A stretch of 64,000 nucleotides of DNA. Origin: Bacteroidales bacterium. GTDB lineage: Bacteria; Bacteroidota; Bacteroidia; Bacteroidales; FEN-979. Where the stretch lies: the NCBI GenBank assembly GCA_025355465.1, contig JANXZO010000025.1, forward strand, positions 6,286-70,285, given 5' to 3'. The notes beneath the pieces were generated by a model that was not told the origin of the DNA, did not search any database, and worked only from the letters and a program-made list of their open reading frames with translations. The translations under genes were made by a program, and so were the position numbers. Below, in pieces: positions 37,520-46,547 of this stretch (its first letter is position 1; the number at the start of each line of letters is the position of its first letter).

Positions 37520-39070
37520 TTAGTTGGCAATAATGATAATCTCTTTGTTGTCATTATTTGCAGCATCGATCTTCAGTGTGATCGTGTATGAAGCTTTGAT
37601 TGTAGCCTGAAGGTTACCGCTGTTATCAACGATTTTGTTGGTACTTGCACCAACATTCAGCGCAGCATAACCGGCGTCAAAATTGGCACCACCCGACGGG
37701 GGAGCAACACCATTCAATGTTCTTACTTTGAATCCCTGATCAGCTTCCAGAATAATATTTGTCCAGGTCCAGGTGTAGAGATCACCAGTTTTTACGGGAA
37801 CACCAGCATTGTCGCTAATGAGCCGGTTGCCCCAGTTCCATGAACTCGGGTCAGGAATTGCAGTGGGGTTGTCAGCGCTTACGCCAGCACCAACGGCATC
37901 ACAAACCACACCTGCCCAGTTTGTCAAAGGAAGGCCGCCGGTTTTTGTCATCGTGGCAACATATCCAGTACCCAGGGTATAGGTCATGGTGCAGGTATAA
38001 ATACCAGGATCAGCGTTTACGATATTTGCACCACCGGGAACGAGAGCGTTTGCGGCACCACCGAAGTTGGTGTTAACCTTCACGCCTTTTTTGCCACCAC
38101 CAAGATCGATGTTGGTGTCAAGTTCAATTTTCCAGCCGTTTGAATAACGGAATTTCCAGTCACCACCGCGAAGTTCCATGTTGGAGATGGTCCAGTTCAT
38201 GGTGTTGATGTTGAAAGCGGATTCGGTCATATCAGTTGAACTTCCCCAACCTGCGGGAGTAGCTGCACCAATAAGTCCCCAATGTACGCGGGCTACAACA
38301 GCAATGTTGAGTTCATAATCGAAAACTACATGGTAGAAACCATCTTCAGGAACTGTGAAAACGGCTGTCGAAGTTCCGGAAACGGTGCCACGCTGGAAAG
38401 CACCAGTCTTGGGCTCAAGGGTGGTCGGGGTGGTTATCACACCAAACCCAGCCATCGGGCCGTATGTGGTCCTTGTAGAACCGGCAATCTTGACTATGCA
38501 GAACCCGTCACTGCCTGCCCTGATCGGAATATAGAGCTCCAACAACGATGAACGGAGCTGCATTGTTACCTCATTTGGGGTTGCCTTCATCCTAGCTTTA
38601 AGGTTAAAACCGGTAAAGGCCGTGGCACCTCCTTTCACATAGTATCCAGCGGGAAAAGGCACGCTATCAGGGATGAATTTCTTTACGTTTCCGTAGCCAA
38701 ACCCATCTTTATTGGAGGCAAAGGCCCTTATGTAAAAAGTGTTTCCCGGCTCGAACGTACCAATGCTGTCGAAAAAGTGGTTGAATTCCAGGTGATACGA
38801 ATTAATGGTAGTGGAATTTGGATTATCTGCAACCGGGTTAGCTGATTTACTCCAGCAAAATCCAAACCGCAGGATTTTACCTGACCCGGTATCTTGGATT
38901 TCCCCAACCGCCAGTGCCTTTGCGGCATGTATGTAATAGATTGAATCCGTTTTAACAACCGGAACCTAGAGATTCGTTTCTGGAGTATCGTCCGTTTTTT
39001 TACAGCTCAGAGTGGACAGCGCAAATGCAATAATAAAAATCCCTGTCAATACTTTCAAGATGGAGTTCAT
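37520..39070 (-). pseudogene. SusE/SusF-like surface lipoprotein gene interrupted by an in-frame TAG (38966-38968) right after its lipoprotein signal peptide
   Basis: ATG 39070 encodes MNSILKVLTGIFIIAFALSTLSCKKTDDTPETNL and is then followed by TAG. The same frame stays open for 101 codons with no ATG/GTG/TTG until GTG 38662, where the ORF track starts. The body is clearly paralogous to the neighbouring SusE/F-like protein (YYVKG...LLELYIPI[RK]AG...GFYHVVFD...WKFRYS[ND]GWK[IV]E[LI]DT). Confidence 0.6.
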
Positions 39071-39145
39071 GATTTTGTTCGATTTGGGCGGGGGAAGTAT
39101 TGATGCGAAGAAAAAAAAATAATCAAATTATCTGAGAAGGGTTGA

Positions 39146-39180
39146 AACAAAAAAGGGGGTAATCATTGCGGTATCCCCCT
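39146..39180 (-). terminator. Rho-independent terminator after the SusE/F-like gene
   Basis: The minus strand reads agggggata-ccgcaatgat-tacccccttttttgttt: a GGGGG/CCCCC-based stem followed by a T-run. Confidence 0.6.
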
Positions 39181-39218
39181 TTTTTAAAAAATTAGTATAT
39201 TAACCTTTACTGCCGGTG

Positions 39219-40442
39219 TTAGTTTAATGTAGCAGTAATAGTATAGGTTTCGGTAGCAGCTTCGATTTTTAAAACGATCGTATAGTTTCCAGCAACACCA
39301 ACTTTTATGTTTCCATTATTGTTGCTGAAGTTTGCTGCTGCAGTGCCTGCCCAGGTGGCGTCGGTATATCCGATTGATTTTCCTGCCCAGTCAGAACCTT
39401 GTCTGAATTTAAATTCCTTGGTAGCGATAAGGTCGATAGTGTACGTCCAGGTGTAGTCAGTGCCACTGACTGTGGGTAATGTTGTACCAAAGTTCTGTGT
39501 CCAGTCTCCAGGCGTTCCGTCAGGGTTCGTGTAAGCATCACCAATAATACCCATCTCGTATGTAGAATAATTGATCGGTGGAATATTGCCTGTCTTGGTC
39601 AGTGTAGCTGTGTAACCTGTACCGAGCGTATAAGCCATGGAGATTGTGTAAATGCCAGGATCTGAATTTACAATGTTTGCCCCGCCCGGAATCAGGCCCG
39701 TAGCGCTTGCTCCACCAAAGTTGGTGTTTATTTTTACCCATTTGGTCGGGTCTGAGTCGGTTGTATCAATTTCAACTTTCCAGCCGTCTGAATAGCGAAA
39801 TTTCCATTCGCCTTTACCAAGGGTCATGTCGGTGATCGTATAGGACATAGAGGTCAGGTTGAAAGCAGATTCGGTAAAATTGGTACTGGTTGACCATCCA
39901 CCTGGAGTAGCGGCGCCAATACATCCCCAAACAACTTTCATGATAGCAACTTTATTGTACTTTGTATCAAACACAACGTGATAGAATCCGTCGGTAGGAA
40001 CAGTGAATACAGTTGTGCTTGTAGCAGAAACAGGACCACGTTGGAACGGGAGTTTTGGCTCATCCGTAGTGGGTGTTGTAACAACACCAAATCCTGCGGC
40101 AGCACCATAGGTGGTTTTAACTGAACCGGCAACCTGTACGATACTGAAACCAGCTGCGCCTGCTTTGATCGGAAGATAAAGCTCCAGTAAAGTGGAAAGC
40201 GGGGCAGGTCTGGGGACAACATTATTGTCGACTTCATTATAGGCCGGCTTCATCATGGCCTTTGAATTGAAATCAGTGTAGGCAGTAACAGCGCCCTTTA
40301 CATAGTAGCCATCAAGAACGATCACAGGATCGGGTACAGGATCACTGCTCTTCTTGCATGAGCTAACACCGAAAACCAGTGCAAACAATGCAACCATTGC
40401 GAGCATTGTTGAAATTTTCATCATCAGATTTTTCATAAACAT
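39219..40442 (-). CDS. SusE/SusF-like outer-membrane starch-binding lipoprotein
   Basis: Lipobox GVSSC. Sits immediately downstream of susD-like. Repeated beta-sandwich modules with W/Y-rich putative glycan-binding segments. Paralogous to 37520-39070. Confidence 0.75.
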   Translation of the reverse strand: MFMKNLMMKISTMLAMVALFALVFGVSSCKKSSDPVPDPVIVLDGYYVKGAVTAYTDFNSKAMMKPAYNEVDNNVVPRPAPLSTLLELYLPIKAGAAGFSIVQVAGSVKTTYGAAAGFGVVTTPTTDEPKLPFQRGPVSATSTTVFTVPTDGFYHVVFDTKYNKVAIMKVVWGCIGAATPGGWSTSTNFTESAFNLTSMSYTITDMTLGKGEWKFRYSDGWKVEIDTTDSDPTKWVKINTNFGGASATGLIPGGANIVNSDPGIYTISMAYTLGTGYTATLTKTGNIPPINYSTYEMGIIGDAYTNPDGTPGDWTQNFGTTLPTVSGTDYTWTYTIDLIATKEFKFRQGSDWAGKSIGYTDATWAGTAAANFSNNNGNIKVGVAGNYTIVLKIEAATETYTITATLN

Positions 40443-40484
40443 TGAATTTTAATTAATAAAAGGTTAAACTTAACAACTTGCTTT

Positions 40485-41981
40485 TTATGGATTAATCAAT
40501 AAGTTCGGATTCGCATCGGTTGCCCATTTCGGGATTGGGAAAATATTTCTCTCATCTCCGTGACCTGCTTTTTCCCACCAGGCGTCCTTAAATTTACCAA
40601 AACGGATGAGGTCCTGCCTGCGGTGTCCCTCACAATACAATTCCCTTCCACGTTCTGCGAGCAATTGCTCCAATGTCGTCCCGCTAAATGGGGTAACCCC
40701 GGCACGAATACGTATGGGATTCACCCACTCATCGCCGTTACCTCCCAGCCTGATCAAACATTCGGCTTTCATCAGGTAGATATCTGTAATTCTGAATAAC
40801 GGTAAATCATTGCTTAAATTTTCCTTGGCACCCATTTTTATTTCGTATTTCCCAATGCGGGCTCCTGTGCACCTGATCTGGAACGGGGTGAAATCTGGCG
40901 CCTGCATGTTCAGGGCGGGAAGGTGGGGATCAATATCAAGCGGTTTGTGGGTCAACCCGTCAATAATCACTCCTCCGCCGTTTGTGCTGCTGGCATACTG
41001 TGGTCCGAAAATAAAGAATCCGTCTCTTCTCTTGTCAGTCGCTTCATAAGTGTCGAAGAATGTGGGTACAACGGCGAACCCGTTCCATGGGCCTACAGGC
41101 ATATCATATTTCAGGTTATGCTGGTAATGAAGGGTGCGCATGTGAAGCCTGAATCCCTGGAAATCATTCTCATCATAAGGAATGGAGAAAATTATTTCAC
41201 TGGAATTCTGGTTATTTGTAATAAAAGGTGCAAGAACATCAGACTCCATGGTGTAGGGCCCAGCAAGCGTGCTGTCGCAATAGTCCATTGCCTCCTGCCA
41301 GTGAGGAGTACCGGTATACACTCCGGCGTTCAGGTACAATTTTGCCAGGAGGGCATATGCCATGTATCTCGTACACATATATTTTTTATCAATCGGCTTG
41401 AGGCTTGGAAGGGCTCCTTTTAGTGTGGTAACGAGACTGTCAAAAATAGCTGCCCTTTTAATCTTATAAGGTGTTGCAGGTGCATTATTGGCTGTGGTAA
41501 GATAGGGCGCATCTCCATAGTTGTCGATAACGAGGTAATAATAAAATGACCTCAGAACTTCAACCTCTTTCATCTTTGCAAGAAGGGCAGCGTTCTGGGG
41601 AAGCGTGTGCATCAGGTCGATCACCTGGTTACAGGTGAGGATTCCGGTCCAGAAGCTGTCCCACATGCGGTTTACACCTTCATCGTCGTTCGACCAGGTG
41701 TGCTGATACATATTCCGCCATTTGCCACCATCGTCCCAGTCGGCGCCGCGAGTCGGTCCGCAGAGTTCATCCGAGGATATCTCCTGAGCCAGAAACCACC
41801 AGCCTCCGTCATCGGCAAAGGGTTTGAGTTTAGTATAGGCGTCAACACTCAGGTTGGCAATCTGGTTCTCATTTTCAGGATAGAGATTGCTAGGGATCTT
41901 ATCATACACTGGTTCAGCAAGCTTGGTGCAGGAGAACAGTGCGAAAAACAGGGCGAAAAGGGAAAAATATTTTGTTTTCAT
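40485..41981 (-). CDS. SusD/RagB-family glycan-binding outer-membrane lipoprotein
   Basis: Lipobox LFSC. Helical TPR-like scaffold with MAYALLAKLYLNAGVY and RAECLIRLG-type motifs. Lies 11 nt downstream of susC-like. Confidence 0.9.
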   Translation of the reverse strand: MKTKYFSLFALFFALFSCTKLAEPVYDKIPSNLYPENENQIANLSVDAYTKLKPFADDGGWWFLAQEISSDELCGPTRGADWDDGGKWRNMYQHTWSNDDEGVNRMWDSFWTGILTCNQVIDLMHTLPQNAALLAKMKEVEVLRSFYYYLVIDNYGDAPYLTTANNAPATPYKIKRAAIFDSLVTTLKGALPSLKPIDKKYMCTRYMAYALLAKLYLNAGVYTGTPHWQEAMDYCDSTLAGPYTMESDVLAPFITNNQNSSEIIFSIPYDENDFQGFRLHMRTLHYQHNLKYDMPVGPWNGFAVVPTFFDTYEATDKRRDGFFIFGPQYASSTNGGGVIIDGLTHKPLDIDPHLPALNMQAPDFTPFQIRCTGARIGKYEIKMGAKENLSNDLPLFRITDIYLMKAECLIRLGGNGDEWVNPIRIRAGVTPFSGTTLEQLLAERGRELYCEGHRRQDLIRFGKFKDAWWEKAGHGDERNIFPIPKWATDANPNLLINP

Positions 41982-41992
41982 AGCCAGTTATA

Positions 41993-44900
41993 TTAAAGGG
42001 TAACCTTGAAACCTGCAGTAAATGCGCGGGTTTTGGGATAAACATTATATTGATCAACGCCGAATGAGAGCCCGTTTACAGTCGTCTCCGGATCAGCACC
42101 TGTGTAACCGGTAATTGTAAAAACATTGTTGGCTGACACATAAATCGAGAGTTTCTTGATCCAGGATACTTTCGACACATTGAAATCATAGCTGAGCGAA
42201 ATATAATCCAGTTTCAGGAATGAGGCATTCTCAACATAAATATCGGCAATGGCCGGGCCGGAGGTGCGTCCCTGGTTATACCAGTCGATGGCTTCAGGAA
42301 CAGCATTCAGTGACAACAGGTTGCCCGGGCTGTCGAAGAACATCTTGGTGGCATTGTAAACATGGTTTCCGATCCAGGCGCGCAGTGCAAAGTCCAGGTT
42401 CCAGTGTTTGCCGAGGGTAAGGGTGTTCGACCATCCCAGTTCAACCTTGGGTGCCGCTGTCCCTACAATGGTTCTTTCAGCATCTACAAGGTCTGTGGTA
42501 TAGCCACCGGTTTTTGATTTGTAAACGAATTTGCCTTCATCATTGAGGGCTACATAGGTGGGGAGATAGAATGATCCGATCTCCTGGCCGACTATGATCC
42601 CTGTTACATAATTCTGGTCGCCGACCATTCCACGTCCTGAGATGTACCCCTCTTTTCTGACCTGGTCTTCTGATTTGAAATATGAACCGAGGTCAAGAAT
42701 CTTGGTTTTATTGTGGGAAACTGTGAGCGCCGTTTTCCATGAGAATTTCTGTGACGAGATCGGGTAGGCCTGAATAAAGAGCTCAATCCCCGTATTCGAC
42801 ATGGATCCTGAATTGGCAAATGTGAGGGGAGCAATGTTCGGTGGCTTGGGTACGCTGTACTGTCCAAGGAGGTCGTTGGTGACTTTGTAGTAGACTTCAA
42901 GGCTGCCGCTTAACCGGCTGTTGAAAAATCCAAAGTCGATACCGGCATTGACTTCTGAGGTCTGTTCCCATTTAAGGTCTGGATTGGCATTCCATACGGT
43001 CGTAAAGGTAATGACCTCTTTCCCTGTTTCAGGATTAATTGCCTTGCCGCTGGGTTGCCAAACCAACATACTGCGGTATTCACCGATGGCCTGGTTTCCT
43101 GAAATACCATAGCTGGCACGTAATTTCAACTGACTGAGCCATTTTACATCAGAGAGCCATTTTTCCTGGTCGAGACTCCAACCCAATGCAACAGTCGGGA
43201 ACCATCCCCATTTATTATTCTCTCCGAATTTGGAGGAGCCGTCTCTGCGCAGTGAAGCAGAGATGAAATATTTGCTTTTAAAATTGTACTGTACACGGCC
43301 GAAAAATCCAATCAGTGTGGATTGTCCTCTGAGTGAGCCATAATCGCCCCACTGAACATCGTTAAGCACAGCCAGATTGTCGGGGCCGGCATAGGTTGAC
43401 TGTGGGTCACGTCCGCCAATCCAGAAACTGTTATAATCATTTTGCTGCCATGAATATCCGAGGAGGGCATTCAGGTTGTGTTTCAGCTTAAAGGATTTGT
43501 TGTATGTACCGGTAATCTCAATTACCTTCTGCTGAACGGCATTGTACTGTTTCTTTCCGTAACCATTGTCGGCCGAGGCATAAATATTGGCAGGCCTGAA
43601 ATAGTTGGTTGTGTTATCGTCGTGGGTAAAGCCAATATTAACTGCGGCAACCAGCCCGGAGACGATTTCGAAATCCGCTTTTAAACTCCCAAGGAATTTT
43701 TTGGCATTCCTGTTATTGGTTACCTGGTCAATAACAGCCAGCGGGTTGTTGTAATTGAACACACGGTTCGACTGGTAGTAGTTTCCATCCGGCGTGTACA
43801 CGGGGTCGGTGGGATTTCGTGACAACGCCTGGTAGATTATGTCATCATTTCCCCATCCGCCATAATTTTCATAATCGTTCTTTTCAAAGGCTCCCATGAT
43901 GTTTGCAGCCAGATTTAACCGGTCCTTGATGGCCTTCTGATTAACACTGATACGGGCGGTTGTCTGATTTTTACCTGTTCCTTTCATGGTTCCCTGCCAG
44001 TTGGAGTTGGTTACTGCGGCCAGGTAGGAGTTGTGTTTGTTGCCTCCTGAAAAACTGAGGGATGTTTGTGTCGCAATTCCTGTCCTGTAAATTGCGTTCT
44101 GCCAGTCTGTGTTGGCACCGCCATCAACAAACACACTGTCCATTGTCCAGTTAGGGTGGGTAAGTTGTGCTTTGGCAAGAACCTGTCCGGCAAAATCGCG
44201 TGTCTGCCCGGCATCCAGGAGTTTCAGTTTGTGAGCCACATTCTCCATGGAGATCTGTGAACTGAATTCTATGTTGCTGTAAGAGCCATCATCTTTTGTA
44301 CCATCCTTATTAACACCGGGTCCTTTTCCTTTTTTTGTGGTAATGATGATAACACCGTTTGATCCCTGTGATCCATAGATAGCAGTAGATGCAGCATCCT
44401 TGAGGATGTTGTAAGTCTCAATATCATCGGATGAAACGATGTTGGGATCCGCACCAGGAATTCCATCAATGACGTACAGAGGCTGGGTGTTTGATTCAAA
44501 CCCGGAGGCCCCGCGGATACGTACTTTATAATCAGCACTTGGGTCGCCACCGCTTTTGGAAACAAGCACCCCGGCTGCCTTCCCCTGCATCGATTGAATG
44601 GGATTGGTTATAACCCCGGCGTTCAGGTCATCGGCCTTTACTGTACTGACAGCACCGGTTTTATCTGTCTTCTTCTGGGTGCTGTAACCAATTACGATCA
44701 CGTCGTCGAGGTTGGTCGACTGCACCTGAAGGTTCATATCCAATTTTCCAGCCTGTTTTACTGTAACTTCCTGGGTAATGTAACCCACCATCGAGAAGCG
44801 CAGTATCCCGCCTACGGGAGCGCTTATCTTGTACTTTCCGTCAAGGTCACTGACCGTGCCCGTGGTGGTGCCTTTTAACAGCACAGTGGCACCGATCAGA

Positions 44901-45031
44901 TCCTCACCGGTACCCGCTTCAGAAATTACCCCGGAAACTTCAACATTCTGGGCATAAAGGCCCGCTGATCCTCCCAAAAAAAGGAAAATCACCAACAGGG
45001 TTTTCAACTTCAGGCGTATTTTTCTTTTCAT
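41993..45031 (-). CDS. SusC/RagA-family TonB-dependent outer-membrane transporter
   Basis: Signal peptide. Carboxypeptidase-regulatory-like domain (VSGVISEAGTGEDLIGATVLLKGT...DLDGKYKI). Plug with TonB box DDVIVIGYSTQKK and ASTAIYGSQGSNGVIIITTKKG. Terminal FTAGFKVTL. Confidence 0.95.
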   Translation of the reverse strand: MKRKIRLKLKTLLVIFLFLGGSAGLYAQNVEVSGVISEAGTGEDLIGATVLLKGTTTGTVSDLDGKYKISAPVGGILRFSMVGYITQEVTVKQAGKLDMNLQVQSTNLDDVIVIGYSTQKKTDKTGAVSTVKADDLNAGVITNPIQSMQGKAAGVLVSKSGGDPSADYKVRIRGASGFESNTQPLYVIDGIPGADPNIVSSDDIETYNILKDAASTAIYGSQGSNGVIIITTKKGKGPGVNKDGTKDDGSYSNIEFSSQISMENVAHKLKLLDAGQTRDFAGQVLAKAQLTHPNWTMDSVFVDGGANTDWQNAIYRTGIATQTSLSFSGGNKHNSYLAAVTNSNWQGTMKGTGKNQTTARISVNQKAIKDRLNLAANIMGAFEKNDYENYGGWGNDDIIYQALSRNPTDPVYTPDGNYYQSNRVFNYNNPLAVIDQVTNNRNAKKFLGSLKADFEIVSGLVAAVNIGFTHDDNTTNYFRPANIYASADNGYGKKQYNAVQQKVIEITGTYNKSFKLKHNLNALLGYSWQQNDYNSFWIGGRDPQSTYAGPDNLAVLNDVQWGDYGSLRGQSTLIGFFGRVQYNFKSKYFISASLRRDGSSKFGENNKWGWFPTVALGWSLDQEKWLSDVKWLSQLKLRASYGISGNQAIGEYRSMLVWQPSGKAINPETGKEVITFTTVWNANPDLKWEQTSEVNAGIDFGFFNSRLSGSLEVYYKVTNDLLGQYSVPKPPNIAPLTFANSGSMSNTGIELFIQAYPISSQKFSWKTALTVSHNKTKILDLGSYFKSEDQVRKEGYISGRGMVGDQNYVTGIIVGQEIGSFYLPTYVALNDEGKFVYKSKTGGYTTDLVDAERTIVGTAAPKVELGWSNTLTLGKHWNLDFALRAWIGNHVYNATKMFFDSPGNLLSLNAVPEAIDWYNQGRTSGPAIADIYVENASFLKLDYISLSYDFNVSKVSWIKKLSIYVSANNVFTITGYTGADPETTVNGLSFGVDQYNVYPKTRAFTAGFKVTL

Positions 45032-45095
45032 ACACTTTTAGATTTAGTGATATAAATATAATATAATATTACAGGAATAGGCCTTCTATAGTCGG

Positions 45096-45103
45096 CAAAA
45101 TTA
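45096..45103 (-). promoter_or_regulatory. Bacteroidota-type -7 promoter box upstream of susC-like
   Basis: The minus strand reads TAATTTTG (TAnnTTTG), 65 nt upstream of the start at 45031, in a very AT-rich 154-nt gap. Confidence 0.3.
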
Positions 45104-45185
45104 ATAAAATATTAACATTCTAAATAAGGAGAGAATGTTTTTTTTGGTATTACAATATTGAAATACGTAAAAAAAACGACGAAGC

Positions 45186-46544
45186 TCATTCACTTGTGAA
45201 TACAAAATACTGCCAACCTGTAAGTTTAACAAGTTCACCAGGGTTGAATTCTCTTTTCTTCCCTGAGAAAAGTTCTGTATAACGTCCGGCAAATTCATTT
45301 CCTGTCAGTTGCACTGATTGTTCCGACGCCGTAAGGTTGAGCACTACGAATATTTTATCCTTGGCACCTTTGCGCAGAAAGGCATAGACCGCTTTGTCGT
45401 TTGTGGTGGGAATTTTCACAAATGAACCGCCTTTATTTCCGGCATCTAGCAGCGGGTTGATCTTTTTCAGACCGGTCAGCTTTGTATAAAATGGATCAAG
45501 GGGATATTTTCCCCATGGGATGGTATCCTTGTCGAAGAACCGAAGCCGTTTGTTCATTGCTGACTCCTGACCACTGTAAACAAGGGGAATTCCCGGGAAT
45601 GTGAATGTGAACACCGCAAATGTTTTTGCTGCGTCGCCCATACGCTCGTATTCAGTCCCCTGCCATGAATTTTCGTCATGGTTGGAGGTAAAGCGCATGC
45701 GGTAAGCATCTGCAGGATAGGATTTATTTTCAACTGCGTACAGGGAGTCAATCTTATCAGCACTCTTTTTCCCTTTCGCAATATTGTTCATAATATGGTG
45801 GAAGTTCCATGCGTAAGTTGCATCAAAGGCGCTATCATGCATTTTCGGCGACTCGTCTTCGGCCAACATGAAAACAGGTTTGATTTTTCGCAGCCGTGGA
45901 ATAGCTTTATTCCAGTAATCTATCGGCACCATTCCTGCCACATCACACCGGTATCCATCAATATCGGTTTGTTTAACCCAATACACAAGCGCATCTGTCA
46001 TATATTTGCGCAATTCCACATTGCTGAAATCAAGGGCAGCCACATCGGTCCAGTCGGCAACGGGTGAAACAATATTTCCCTTCTCATCCTTTTTGTACCA
46101 ATCCGGATGTTCCGTGATCAGTTTATTATCCCACGAAGTATGGTTGGCAACCCAATCAACGATAACTTTCATTCCAAGTTCATGGGCTTTTTTAACCAGG
46201 TTTTTGAAGTCCTGCAGCGTACCGTATTCAGGATTAACAGCCATGTAGTCGCGAACTGAGTAATAACTGCCAAGACTTCCTTTACGTTCTTTAACCCCGA
46301 GTGGATTGATCGGCATGAGCCAAAGGATGCCGACCCCCATGCTCTGTAACCGGGGAAGGTGTTTCTCAAATGCCTTGAAGGTGCCTTCAGGCGTAAACTG
46401 CCGGATATTTACTTCATAAATCGTTGCATTCCGGCTCCATTCCACATGGCTTATAGTCTTTTTCTGGGCATAGGTAGCACCCGGCACACTAAGAGTTAAA
46501 AGCAGTACTGTTAATGCTGCGGTAACGAGATAGCACGTTTTCAT
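45186..46544 (-). CDS. GH13 alpha-amylase (signal peptide, probably periplasmic)
   Basis: GH13 regions MKVIVDWVANHTS, IDGYRCDVAGMVP, VFMLAEDE and FTSNHDENSW. Confidence 0.9.
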   Translation of the reverse strand: MKTCYLVTAALTVLLLTLSVPGATYAQKKTISHVEWSRNATIYEVNIRQFTPEGTFKAFEKHLPRLQSMGVGILWLMPINPLGVKERKGSLGSYYSVRDYMAVNPEYGTLQDFKNLVKKAHELGMKVIVDWVANHTSWDNKLITEHPDWYKKDEKGNIVSPVADWTDVAALDFSNVELRKYMTDALVYWVKQTDIDGYRCDVAGMVPIDYWNKAIPRLRKIKPVFMLAEDESPKMHDSAFDATYAWNFHHIMNNIAKGKKSADKIDSLYAVENKSYPADAYRMRFTSNHDENSWQGTEYERMGDAAKTFAVFTFTFPGIPLVYSGQESAMNKRLRFFDKDTIPWGKYPLDPFYTKLTGLKKINPLLDAGNKGGSFVKIPTTNDKAVYAFLRKGAKDKIFVVLNLTASEQSVQLTGNEFAGRYTELFSGKKREFNPGELVKLTGWQYFVFTSE

Positions 46545-46547
46545 GTC

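Noticed and set aside
38728-38958. A 76-aa minus-strand ORF upstream of the SusF-like body.
   Set aside because: It is in a different frame from the lipoprotein signal peptide and from the SusF-like body. The alternative frame is continuous and gives plausible protein sequence across the same DNA.
9580-38968. Genome-wide reassignment of TAG to a sense codon, as an explanation for the in-frame TAGs.
   Set aside because: TAG ends several genes exactly where their families normally end. These are DUF421 (9031-9033), lpxD (19544-19546), the RND pump (25970-25972), GH13 (46548-46550) and the esterase (48981-48983). TAG therefore functions as a stop codon here.
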